The notes below the pieces were generated by a model that was not told the DNA's origin, did not search any database, and was given only the letters and a program-made list of their open reading frames with translations. A program made the translations under genes and the position numbers. A stretch of DNA of 64,000 nt from Heteronotia binoei. Taxonomy: Eukaryota. This document shows positions 50,509-63,300 of this stretch, piece by piece. Position 1 is the first letter of the stretch. The number at the start of each line of letters is the position of its first letter. The DNA is taken from contig NC_083239.1 of the NCBI RefSeq assembly GCF_032191835.1, positions 24,800,001-24,864,000 of the forward strand, read 5' to 3'.

Positions 50509-53049
50509 GTTTCCTTAACACTGAGAGGTGTGGGAGGAAAAAAGGTAAAGGGTTCTTTTTAAAAGAGTGGATTGGCCAAAGTTGATTTAGGAGACGTAAA
50601 CCTCACTATGCCACTGAAAAACAGATCACTCAAGATCCCTCAACTATGAAACTACTGGGTTATAGTGTTAAATTAGGATCCCCGCAGTCATGATGCTTGC
50701 ATGGGGACCTAGTTTACATAAGGAGGAAAGGGCTGTGGCTCAGTGGCAAACCCTCTGCTTTGCATGCAAAAGCTTCCAGGTTCAGCCTCTGGCATTTCCA
50801 GTTAAAAGGATCAAGTAGAAGGTGATGGGAAAGATTTCTCCCTGAGACCCTGGACAGCCACTGCCAGTCCAAGTAGACAATACTGACCTTGATGGACTGA
50901 TTCAGTATAAAGATGCTTCATGTTTTCAAGATTTTTTTAAAATAAAAAAAACCAGCATCAAAACAGTAATCCAAAAAAGAAGAGAGTTCTAGACAAACGT
51001 CAAACAGTAACAAAAAACTTCATTCAATCAAGGGATCAACAGGGAAAACTCAACAGAATAAAACATGGTCTCTGGGGACATGAAAGCTACAAGAACCCAA
51101 GCTCCAAATGTGAGGATAGAGCATCCATCCAATTTTTATCTCCCCTTTCCACCAAAAAGTTCAAGACGACTGCATATGCAGTCCTCCTCTCTTCCATTTT
51201 ATGATCACAACTCTGCAAGGTAGGCAAGGCTGAGAGTGACTGGCCTAAAGTCCACTACCTATTCTAATTGATCCTAATTCAGCACAATAACCCAATAGAT
51301 CCAGGTGGGTAGCCATGTTGGTCTGAAACAACAGAACAAAATTTGAGTCCTGTGTCACCTTTAAGACCAACAAAGTTTAATTCAGGGTATAAACTTCTGT
51401 GTGCACACACACTTCTTCAGATACAGTGAAACGGAAGTTACCAGTCCAAACATATAGAGGGTGAACACCAAATTAGCATGAAACATAATGATGGTGTTTA
51501 ACAGACGCAAGGACCAAACAGGAATAACAAGCTTAGTTTATATGGTTACTACTTATTTGTATTCTTTTGGGGGGGGCAGTGGATAAAGTGAAGCAAAATA
51601 TATATATAACATATTGGAGACTGGAGTGTAAATGTACCCTTAATTGTGGAAGTAATTAACTGAGACCCTGTTGTTCCACTCCACTGTCTCCTCTCAAGCA
51701 CGGAGAGAATTAACAGCATCCTTTTCTTTAAGGTAGGGTGACTGTCAATATTATGTCTCCTCTGTCACCAGACCAGAGAAATACGTTTCAGTCTGCCATT
51801 CCAAATTACATTACATTCTACTATTCATTACATTACAATCACTATTCCAATCTACTATTCTAACCACTCTGCTAACTGCTCTGAAAAGGGTGTTTTTGGC
51901 TAAAGGGAACTATCAAAATGTATTTTGCTCATGAACAATCATTGCAAAAATAAAAGTCAAAGGGTGTTTTTGCACACCTCGACTATTTGCAAGTGGATTT
52001 TGCTATTCTTCCACAGTAAAAATCCAGTTGCAAAGCACATTATTTTGTGGGTGTGAACGCACCCAAAATCTGGTGCTTCCACATGCTTATTTATTGTAAA
52101 CCAAATGTTTTTGGCTTCTCATTTTGAGAGTCTAAATGAGGACGTTTTAAAAGTGTAATGCACCACATCATTTCTTAGGCAGTTTGCCATAGCATCTGCC
52201 AAAAGAGGAGCATTGTTATACATTATATTCATCGCTATTCCCAGGACCAGCTGTTCAGTCATCTCAGCAACTTGGTGGCATTTGGAAAAACAGAGCATAA
52301 GAGGAATATGAGAAACTGTTAAAACAAGGAGAAAAGAAAAATGCTCCACATTGTTCAATCAAGGGATCACCAGCCTGGGAAGACATTCAAATCCCTCTAT
52401 CCATCCGGTCCACTCACTATAGCTTACCTCACTAAGGCTGTTGTAAAAATTAAATAGGAAAAGGACATATGTACCACCCCCAGCTCCACTGAACAAAGGT
52501 GTGATTTAAAATATTTGTGTGTGATGACTGAGAGAGATATACAGATATAGATATATAATGGCAGGCCTCCCCAGATACACAGAAAAATATTACTTTGTAA
52601 GTTAACCCAAAGAAAAAGAAAGGAAATCCTGGTCTGCTGAGGCTAAAAAATGATCCAGAAGGGCATGCTGATAGTGCTCAGCCACAGTAGTTAAATGGAA
52701 CCTCCAAGTTCAGAAGCAGCATATCTCTGAATCCTAAATGCTGCATACAAGCAAATGGAGGTTTCTTGCCTTCACACCTGGTTTCTGAGATAACTAAAAC
52801 AAGTTGTCCTACAGAGTAAAGCCACTTTGATTTGTCTTCTCCAGCTGGCAGCTGCCCTTTAAATCTAAGAGAGGGATTTCTTCCCCTCTCCCCATTCCGA
52901 GACCTTTTCAGCTGGAAACTGATTAGATTTTGTCCCACAGCAAAAAAAAAAAAAAAAATCACAGGAACCCTCCCGGCTCTGGGACGATCATGACTAATGT
53001 TACTGTTTGCATTTATACAAATAATCTAGATAGCTAATAGCACTCCATC

Positions 53050-54050
53050 CGGTTTACATGAGAAGGCTCCCGTGCAGAGCGCTACCCGATCCGGATCTGC
53101 AAATGTCTTCAAGCCCTTCCTCGGGGTTCCATTACCGGGGGGGGGGGGGAATTCCCGTTCCTCTCCAATCATGCTTTCACCCCTTCCCGGTTATTTTTTT
53201 TACCCTGCAAGAAACACATACCATGCGCCGCGCGGCATCACCGCCCCGGCAGCTGAGCACTGCAACCCCCCGCCCCAAATACCACCCCCATTTCCATCGC
53301 ACTCCCAAGGAAAATCGCCCGGATTTGAATTTCCCGCGCTGGCGCCGTAGCGCTCATCCTCCCTTTCCCCACCGCGGCGAGAGTTACCCGGACAGGGAGA
53401 ACAGGCAGAGCCGGCGGACCGGGCGCGACGGACGGGCCAGCCTCTGCCCACCGAACGCTCGGAGCCCGCACTTGCTCTGCTCGCCCCGCCCACTTGGAAC
53501 CCGAACTGGTTACTCCGCGTTCGACCCCTGGAACGTCCAGAGGCCACAGTTCCAAACCACGTGGGGGACTACTCGGCCGAGGCCCTCAAGCAACTTAGAT
53601 CGATCTACGGAATCCGCCCCGCGCCTCCCTTTACGAACAGCTAAATCCCTCCGGTCTATCCCTGCCCCCAACCACACCACACCACATCCAGTGTAAAACA
53701 GCGGGGGGCACGTACCTTGCTTTATTCAACCCCCTTCCCTCAAAGTCTGGCAAGTCTTCTCCCAATGCCCCCTGGAGTCTGGATTTCTTAGGAGCATGCG
53801 CACTAGCAGCCCCGGCGCGGACACCATTGGCTGTCGGAAGAGGAAAAAAATTAATCCTCTGTCGCACGCCTACTAGCGGCCGCTCAGAAAACTACTCTTC
53901 CCTACCACTGTTATAAGGTTTGAAATTCAATCCCGCCCCTTGCGGAAGGCGTGTAAGAGTCACCCCAAGGCAATTGGAGGCCGCTGCCTGGCTTGTATAC
54001 TTTTTTCAGGGGCTGCTTCCTTATTGGCCCTGCTCTACTCCTCCTGTCAT
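53050..54050 (-). promoter_or_regulatory. RCC1 CpG-island promoter with non-coding exon 1 ending at 53716
   Basis: Donor AAG|GTACGT at 53715; NRF1-like TGCGCATGC about 53794-53802; ATTGG/CCAAT boxes about 53826, 53973, 54023. Confidence 0.65.
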
Positions 54051-54319
54051 TAACCTACCGAGCATCAATAAACTAGGAACCAAGGATACCGAGAGCTCCG
54101 CTGCGGTTTTTCTTCCCCCACTGCACATTGCAGACCTTCCTTCCTTTCTTTGATAGACTCAGGCTCCTCGTTCAGAATCTTTCTTTATACATGCTTCCAC
54201 GAAAAGAAAGACCCATTGTGCTTAACTCGGGGAGGGGGGAGGCCATTCCAAAGCAAGAACATGTGTGATTGGCGTTGCACCGTTATCTAATTAAAACTTT
54301 TAGGGTCTGGGTAAAAGTC

Positions 54320-57300
54320 GGATCTACACGGATCTTCATGAATTCATATGATTTTTACATTGAAATGAAATCAAACCACTTTAATCCTGTAGATTCTGTT
54401 TTAGACTATAGGCAGGACCACAAAAATCATGCCTCCACGAATTCGTGGCGCCTCAGCAGTGCAAAAACTGGCTTCCAAAGCACGGATCCTCATGAATTCA
54501 TATGATTTTTATGGTGAAATGAAATCAAACCACCATCATGTTGTAGATCCTCTCTTAGACTATAGGCAGCACCAGAAAAATCATGCCTCCACGAATTGGT
54601 GGCGCCACAGCACTGAAAAAACATGTTTCCAAACCACGGATCCTCATGGATCCTCATGATTTTTGCTTTGGGCCACCACAAGATAACCAGCCAATCACAT
54701 ATCATGTCCATGGGCAGATGTTGGACCACAGAAATCGTGGATCCACGGCTTCGTGGCAGCACCAGGGACCAAAAACTTACTTTTGGACCACGGATCCTCA
54801 TGGATCCATGTGATTTTTGCTTCGGATCCCCCCAAGCCATCCATCCAGTCACATATCATGTCCATGGGCACAGTTTACACCACAGAAATCATGGATCCAC
54901 GGCTTCGTGGCAGCGCCAGGGACCAAAAACTTGCTTTTGGACCACGGATCCTCATGGATCCACGTGATTTTTGCCTTGGATCCCCCCAAGACGTCCATCC
55001 AGTCATATATCATGTCCATGGGCACAGTTTACATCACAGAAATCATGGATCCACGGCTTCGTGGCAGCGCCAGGGACCAAAAACTTGCTTTTGGACCACG
55101 GATCCTCATGGATCCACATGATTTTTGCCTTGGATCCCCCCAAGCCATCCATCCAGTCATATATTATGTCCATGGGCACAGTTTACACCACAGAAATCAT
55201 GGATCCACGGCTTCGTGGCAGCGCCAGGGACCAAAAACTTGCTTTTGGACCACGGATCCTCATGGATACACATGATTTTTGCCTTGGATCCCCCCAAGCC
55301 ATCCATCCAGTCATATATTATGTTCATGGGCACAGTTTACACCACAGAAATCATGGATCCACGGCTTCGTGGCAGCGCCAGGGACCAAAAACTTGCTTTT
55401 GGACCACGGATCCTCATGGATCCACATGATTTTTGCCTTGGATCCCCCCAAGCCGTCCATCCAGTCATATATAATGTCCATGGGCACAGTTTACACCACA
55501 GAAATAATGGATCCACGGCTTCGTGGCAGCGCCAGGGACCAAAAACTTGCTTTTGGACCACGGATCCTCATGGATCCACATGATTTTTGCCTTGGATCCC
55601 CCCAAACCGTCCATCCAGTCATGTATCATGTCCATGGGCACAGCTTACACCACAGAAATCATGGATCCACGGCTTCGTGGCAGCGCCAGGGACCAAAAAC
55701 TTGCTTTTGGACCACGGATCCTCATGGATCCACATGATTTTTGCCTTGGATCCCCCCAAGCCATCCATCCAGTCATATATCATGTCCATGGGCACAGTTT
55801 ACACCACAGAAATCATGGATCCACGGCTTCGTGGCAGCGCCAAAGACCAAAAACTTGCTTTTGGACAACGGATCCTCATGGATCCACATGATTTTTGCCT
55901 TGGATCCCCCCAAGCCATCCATCCAGTCATATATCATGTCCATGGGCACAGCTTACACCACAGAAATCATGGATCCACGGCTTCGTGGCAGCGCCAGGGA
56001 CCAAAAACTTGCTTTTGGACCACGGATCCTCATGGATCCACATGATTTTTACCTTGGATCCCCCCAAGCCATCCATCCAGTCATATATCATGTCCATGGG
56101 CACAGTTTACACCACAGAAATCATGGATCCACGGCTTCGTGGCAGCGCCAGGGACCAAAAACTTGCTTTTGGACCACAGATCCTCATGGATCCACATGAT
56201 TTTTGCCTTGGATCCCCCCAAGCCATCCATCCAGTCATATATTATGTCCATGGGCACAGCTTACACCACAGAAATCATGGATCCACGGCTTCGTGGCAGC
56301 GCCAGGGACCAAAAGCTTGCTTTGGACCACGGATCCTCATGGATCCACATGATTTTTGCCTTGGATCCCCCCAAGCCATCCATCCAGTCATATATCATGT
56401 CCATGGGCACAGTTTACACCACAGAAATCATGGATCCACGGCTTCGTGGCAGCGCCAGGGACCAAAAACTTGCTTTTGGACCACGGATCCTCATGGATAC
56501 ACATGATTTTTGCCTTGGATCCCCCCAAGCCATCCATCCAGTCATATATCATGTCCATGGGCACAGTTTACACCACAGAAATCATGGATCCACGGCTTTG
56601 TGGCAGCGCCAGGGACCAAAAACTTGCTTTTGGACCACAGATCCTCATGGATCCATGTGATTTCTGCTTCGGATCCCCCCAAGCCCTCCACACAGCCACA
56701 TATCATGTCCATGGGCAGAGTTTACACCACAGAAATCATGGCTCCATGGTTTCATGGCAGCGTCAGGGACCAAAAACTTGGTTTTGAATCACGGATCCTC
56801 ATGGATCCACATGATTTCTGCTTCAGATCCTCCCAAGCCCTCAATCGAATCACGTATCACGTCTATTAGCAGAGTCTAGAACACAGAAATCATAGATCCA
56901 CGGCTTCGTGGCAGTTCCAGAAATAAAAAACTTGGTTATAAACCATGGATCCTCATGGATCCACGTGATTTCTGCTTCGGAACCCCGCAAGCCCTCCATA
57001 CAGCCACATATCATGTCCATGGGGACAGTTTACACCACAGAAATTGTGGATCCACGGCTTTGTGGCAGCACCAGGGACCAAAAGCTTGCTTTTGGACCAC
57101 GGATCCTCATGGATCCATGTGATTTTTGCTTCGGATCCCCCCAAGCTCTCCACACAGCCACATATCATGTCCATGGGCACAGTTTAAACCACAGAAATCA
57201 TGGATCCACGGTTTCGTGGCAGCTTCAGGGACCAAAAACCTGCTTTTGGACCACGGATCCTCATGGATCCATGTGATTTCTGCTTCGGATCCCCCCAAGC

Positions 57301-58590
57301 CCTCCATACAGCCACATATCATGTCCATGGGCACAGTTTACACCACAGAAATCATGGCTCCATGGTTTCATGGCAGCGCCAGGGACCAAAAACTTGGTTT
57401 TGAATCACGGATCCTCACGGATCCACATGATTTCTGCTTCAGATCCTCCCAAGCCCTCAATGGAATCACGTACCATGTCCATGAGCAGAGTCTACAACAC
57501 AGAAATCATGGATCCACGGCTTCGTGGCAGCTCCAGAAATCAAAAACTTGGTTATAAACCACGGATCCTCATGAATCCACGTGATTTCTGCTTCGTAACC
57601 CCCCAAGCCCTCCATACAGTCACATATCATGTCCATGGCCAGAGTTTCCACCACAGAAATCATGGATCCACGGCTTCGTGGCAGCACCAGGGACCAAAAA
57701 CGTGCTTTTGGACCACGGATCCTCATGGATCCATGTGATTTCTGCTTCGGATCCCCCCAAGCCCTCCATACAGCCACATATCATGTCCATGGGCACAGTT
57801 TACACTACAGAAATCATGGATCCACGGTTTCGTGGCAGCACCAGGGACCAAAAACTTGCTTTTGGACCACGGATCCTCATGGATCCACATGATTTTTGCT
57901 TTGGAGCCCCCCAAGCCCTCCATCCAGTCGCATATCATGCCCATGGACAGAGTTTGCAGCACAGATATTGTGGATTCACAACTTCATGGCAGCGCCAGGG
58001 ACCAAAAACTTGCTTTTGGAACACAGATCCTCATGAATCCTCATGATTTTTACTTTGGGCCACCCCAAGCTCTCTATCCAATCACATATCATGTCCATGG
58101 GTAAAGCTTGCACCACAGAAATCATAGATACACAGCTTCGTGGCAGTGCCAGAGACCAAAAACTTGGTATTGGACCATGGATCCTCATGAATCCTCATGA
58201 TTTTTGCCTTGGATTCCCCCAACCTCACCATCCAATCGCATATCATGTCTATGGGCGGAGCTTCCACCACAAAAATCATGGATCCACGGCTTCGTGGCAG
58301 CACCATGGAAGAAGAACTTGGTTTTGCACCATGGATCCTCATGAGTTTACACCCTGGAAATCATGGATCCTTGGCATTGTGGCAACATCATGGAGCGAAA
58401 ACATGGCTTTGAAGCACATATCCTCATGGATCCTCATGATATCTGCATTGGCTCATCCCAAGCTCACCATCCAATCTCATGTTGTGTCCATGGAAAGAGC
58501 TTGCTCCACAGATATAATGGATCCATGGCTTCGTGGCAGCACCATGGATCCAGAACATGATTTTGAGGCACGGATCCTCATGGGTCCTCT
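54320..58590 (+). repeat. 154-bp satellite array, arm 1 (about 28 monomers)
   Basis: Consensus ACCACGGATCCTCATGGATCCACATGATTTTTGCCTTGGATCCCCCCAAGCCATCCATCCAGTCATATATCATGTCCATGGGCACAGTTTACACCACAGAAATCATGGATCCACGGCTTCGTGGCAGCGCCAGGGACCAAAAACTTGCTTTTGG; period 154 also seen in ORF starts 54817/54971/55125/55279. Confidence 0.97.
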
Positions 58591-58676
58591 TATGAAAAGA
58601 TAGGAGTCTTGGAAAACAATTTCACAGTTGACCTTTATTCCTGGTTTAGCAGTGTCCCCAAATTGACATTCTACAC

Positions 58677-58811
58677 CAGGGGTGGACAACGATAGCTCTC
58701 CAGAAGTTTTTTGCCTACAACTCCCATCAGCCCCAGCCATCAGCCATGCTTGCTGGGCTGATGGGAGTTGTAGGCAAAAAACTTCTGGAGAGCTACTGTT
58801 GGCCACCCCTG
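58677..58811. mobile_element. Foldback hAT MITE nested in a truncated Harbinger-like MITE (58620-58835)
   Basis: CAGGGGTGGACAAC / GTTGGCCACCCCTG; perfect TSD TTCTACAC. Confidence 0.88.
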
Positions 58812-58836
58812 TTCTACACTAAAATAATAGAATTGT

Positions 58837-59410
58837 ATAGAATCATAGAGTTGGAAGGGACCTCCAGGGTCATCTAGTCCAACTCCCTGCACAATGCAGG
58901 AAACTCACAAACACCTTCCCCAACATTCACAGGATCTTCATTGCTGTCAGATGCCCATCTAGCCTCTGTTGAAAAACCTCCAGGGAAGGAGAGCCCACCA
59001 CCTCCCGAGGAAGCCTGTTCCACTGAGGACCGCTCTAACGGTCAGGAAGTTCTTCCTCATGTTGAGCTGGAAACTCTTTTCATTTAATTTCAACCCATTG
59101 GTTCTGGTCCCACCTTCTGGGGCCACAGAAAACAATTCCACACCATCCGCTATATGACAGCCCTTGAAGTACTTGAAGATGGTGATCATATCACCCCTCA
59201 GTTGTCTCCTCTCCAAGCTAAACAGACCGAGCTCCTTCAATCTTTCCTCATAGGACTTGGTCTCCATGTCCCTCATCATCTCCATTGCCCTCCTCTGGAC
59301 ATATTTCGTTATTAACCTGTGGTGCCCCAAAATGAACGCAGTAGTCTGGTAGGGTCCTAACCACAGCAGAGTAAAGTGACACAATCACTGAACATGATGT
59401 GGACACTTGG
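58837..59410 (-). mobile_element. CR1 LINE 3' fragment
   Basis: [39 protein letters not shown]; same subfamily as 39961-40505. Confidence 0.9.
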
Positions 59411-59479
59411 TTTTTGGTGATAAATTGTGTTTGCCTTGTGTGGAATTGTTTCCTGTGGCCCTGGAAGGTAGGAGCAGAA

Positions 59480-59735
59480 GCGGTTGAGATCAAAAGTGGT
59501 TTCGGCTCAACATCAGGAAGAATTTCCTGATCATTAGCAATTTCTCAGTTGAACAGGCTTCCTCCTCGGGACGTGGTGGGCTCTCCTTCCTTGGACGTGT
59601 TTAAACAGAGGCTAGATGGCCATCTGACAGCAATGAAGATCCTGTGAGTTTAGGGGGAGATGTTTGTGAGTTTCCTGCATTGTGCAGGGGGTTGGACTAG
59701 ATGACCCTGGAGGTCCCTTCCAACTCTATGATTCC
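59480..59735 (+). mobile_element. CR1 LINE 3' end, opposite orientation to the 58837 copy
   Basis: ..GGACTAGATGACCCTGGAGGTCCCTTCCAACTCTATGATTCC 3' terminus. Confidence 0.88.
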
Positions 59736-60339
59736 ATTATTCTAATTTGGTGGCCTCTATCTAGTGAGCAAGATGTTTTGAAGTCAAAGATAAGACCATT
59801 ACAATATCTGCCTTGGATAGTTTGCAACTCAGTGGCATCAGAAAGTTCAGAATGCAGTTATTTACAGTGAAAGGTACGGACATGATTTTGATTTCTCATG
59901 TTACTGTGGTGTCCTTGATAAGGTAGAGACATTACAGATTTTTTTTGTTTGGTCATCCTGTAGACATTGGTGTGATGTCATAATGCACAAGCCTCAAAGT
60001 AGCTGAAGCAGTGTTTGGCATCTTGGCAGTGTTCTGAGGTTTTCGTGGGTTATTCTGTGGTCATGGACGTGCTGTGTGATGTGAAAGAAACCTCAGGGGG
60101 ACCATGCATGATGAGCCCAACTATTCAAAAATGAAAAGTCACAGAACTCATGAAGATTAAGTGTTTCAAAGTATGTAACCACACTGACATCATACAAGGT
60201 ACTCGAAATCCAATTTGTATTTTGCAAACGCTGGACATAGACGTGACATCTGGATGGATAATGAGTGTGGTGAACAATAAAATTGTGAATGTGTGATAGT
60301 TGTTCAGCAAGCTATGACCATGGATGTTACATGTGGTAT

Positions 60340-63300
60340 AATGTCGAGTTTTCCTTGATCCAACGCAAATAACTTTAAGATCAAGAAGGATCCGCATTTC
60401 AAAACCATATTTTGGCTCCTTGTTACCGGCACAAAGCCATGGACCTGTCATTCCTGTGGTGCAAGGTCTGCCAAAAATCATGGTGGAATCCAACGCAAAA
60501 ATCATGTGGATCCATGAAGATCCATGGTCCAAAAGCAAGTTTTGGTCCCTGGCGCTGCCACGAAGCTGTGGATCGACCAATTCTGTGGTGAAAACTCTGC
60601 CCATGGACATGATATATGACTGTATGGAGGGCTTGGGGGAATCCAAGGCAAAAATCAAGTGGATCCATGAGGATCGGTGGTTCATAACCAAGTTTTTGAT
60701 TTCTGGCGCTGCCACGAAACTGTGGATCCATGATTTCTGTGGTGGAAACTCTGCCCATGGACATGATATGTGATTGCATGGAGGGCTTGGGGGTTCCGAA
60801 GCAGAAATCACATGGATCCATGAGGATCCGTGGTCCAAAAGCAAGTATTTGGTCCCTGGCGCTGCCACGAAGCCACGGATCCACGATTTCTGTGGTGCAA
60901 ACTATGCCCATGGACATGACATGTGGCTGTATGGAGGGCTTGGGGGGGTCCAAAGCAAAAATCACGTGGATCCATGAGGATCCATGGTCCAAAAGCAAGT
61001 TTTTGGTCGCTGGCGCTGCCACGAAGACATGGATCCACGATTTCTGTGTTGCACACTCTGCTCATGGACATGATATGTGACTGGATGGAGGGTTTGGGGG
61101 GATCCAAAGCAGAAATCATGTGGATCCATGAGGATCCGTGGTCCAAAAGCAAGTTTTTGGTCCCTGGCGCTGCCACGAAACCGTGGATCCATGATTTCTG
61201 TGGTGTAAACTGTGCCCATGGACATTATATGTGACTGGATGGAGGGCTTGGAGGGATCCGAAGCGAAAATCACGTGGATCCATGAGGATCCGTGGTCCAA
61301 AAGCAAGTTTTTGGTCCGTGGCGCTGCCACGAAGCCGTGGATCCACGATTTCTGTGGTGCAAACACTGCCCATGGACAAGATAAGTGACTGGATGGAGGG
61401 TTTGAGGGATCCAAAGCAGAAATCTTGGATCCATGGTCCAAAATCATGTTTTTGGTCCCTGGTGCTGCCACGAAGATGTGGATCCACGATTTCTGTGGTG
61501 CAGACTCTGCTCAAGGACATGATATGTGACTGGATGGAGGGTTCGAGGGATCCAAAGCAGAAATCATGTGGATCCATGAGGATCCGTGGTCCAAAATCAA
61601 GTTTTTGGTCTCTGGCGCTGCCACGAAGACGTGGATCCATGATTTCTGTAGTGCAGACTCTGCTCATGGACATGATATGTGATGGGTTTGAGGGCTTGGG
61701 GAATCCAAAGCAGAAATCATGTGGATCCATGAGGATCCGTGGTCCAAAAGCAAGTTTTTGGTCCCTAGCGCTGCCACGAAGCCGTGGATCCATGATTTCT
61801 GTGGTGCAAACTCTGCCCATGGACATGATATGTGACTGAATGGAGGGTTGGAGGCATCCAAGGCAGAAATCATGCGGGTCAATGAGGATCCGAGGTCCAA
61901 AATCAAGTTTTTGGTCCCTGGCACTGCCACGAAGCTGTGGATCCACATTTTCTGTGGTGTAAACACTGCCTATGGACATGATAACTGCCTGGATGGAGGG
62001 TTTGGGGGGATCCGAAGCAGAAATCACATGGAACCATGAGGATCCGTGGTCCAAAAGCAAGTTTTTGGTCCCTGGCGCCGCCACGAAGCCATGGATCCAC
62101 GATTTCTGTGGTGCAAACACTGCCCATGGACATGATAAGTGACTGGATGGAGGGTTTGAGGGATCCGAAGCAGAAATCATGTGGATCCATGAGGATCCGT
62201 GGTCCAAAATCATGTTTTTGGTCCCTGATGCTGACACGAAGACGTGGAGCCATGATTTTTGTGGTGCAGACTCTGCTCATGGACATGATATGTGACTGGA
62301 TGGAGGGCTTGGGGGGATCCGAAGCAGAAATCATGTGGATCCATGAGGATCCGTGGTCCAAAATCATGTTTTTGGTCCCTGGCGCTGCCACGAAGAAAAG
62401 GATCTACGATTTCTGTGGCGCAGACTCTGCTCATGGACATGATATGTGACTGGATGGAGGGTTCGAGGGATCCGAAGCAGAAATCATGTGGGTCCAAGAG
62501 GATCCGTGCTCCGAAATCATGTTTTTGGTCCCTGGCGCTACACGAAGACGTGGATCCATGATTTCTGTGGTGCAGACTCTGCTCATGGACATGATATGTG
62601 ATGGGTTTGAGGGCTTGGGGGATCCAGAGCAGAAATCATGTGGATCCATGAGGATCCGTGGTCCAAAAGCAAGTTTTTGGTCCCTGGCGCTGCCACGAAG
62701 CCGTGGATCCATGATTTCTGTGGTGTAAACTGTGCCCATGGACATGATATATGACTGGATGGATGGCTTGGGGGGATCCAAGGCAAAAATCATGTGGATC
62801 CATGAGGATCCGTGGTCCAAAAGCAAGTTTTTGGTCCCTGGCGCTGCCACGAAGCCGTGGATCCATGATTTCTGTGGTGTAAACTGTGCCCATGGACATG
62901 ATATATGACTGGATGGATGGCTTGGGGGGATCCAAGGCAAAAATCATGTGGATCCATGAGGATCCGTGGTCCAAAGCAAGTTTTTGGTCCCTGGCGCTGC
63001 CACGAAGCCGTGGATCCATGATTTCTGTGGTGTAAACTGTGCCCATGGACATGACATATGACTGGATGGATGGCTTGGGGGGATCCAAGGCAAAAATCAT
63101 GTGGATCCATGAAGATCCGTGGTCCAAAAGCAAGTTTTTGGTCCCTGGCGCTGCCACGAAGCCGTGGATCCATGATTTCTGTGGTGTAAACTGTGCCCAT
63201 GGACATGATATATGACTGGATGGATGGCTTGGGGGGATCCAAGGAAAAAATCATGTGGATCCATGAGGATCCGTGGTCCAAAGCAAGCTTTTGGTCCCTG

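Noticed and set aside
50521-53715. U17/SNORA73 snoRNAs expected in mammalian RCC1 5' introns
   Set aside because: No match to the conserved AUAUUCCUA plus AAACCAU motifs found by eye (GAGGAATATG at about 52301 has no partner). Absence is uninformative because host genes differ among vertebrates; needs an Infernal search.
55667-55695. CENP-B box-like CTTCGTGGCAGCGCC in the monomer
   Set aside because: Matches TTCG....A but lacks the required CGGG at the 3' end.
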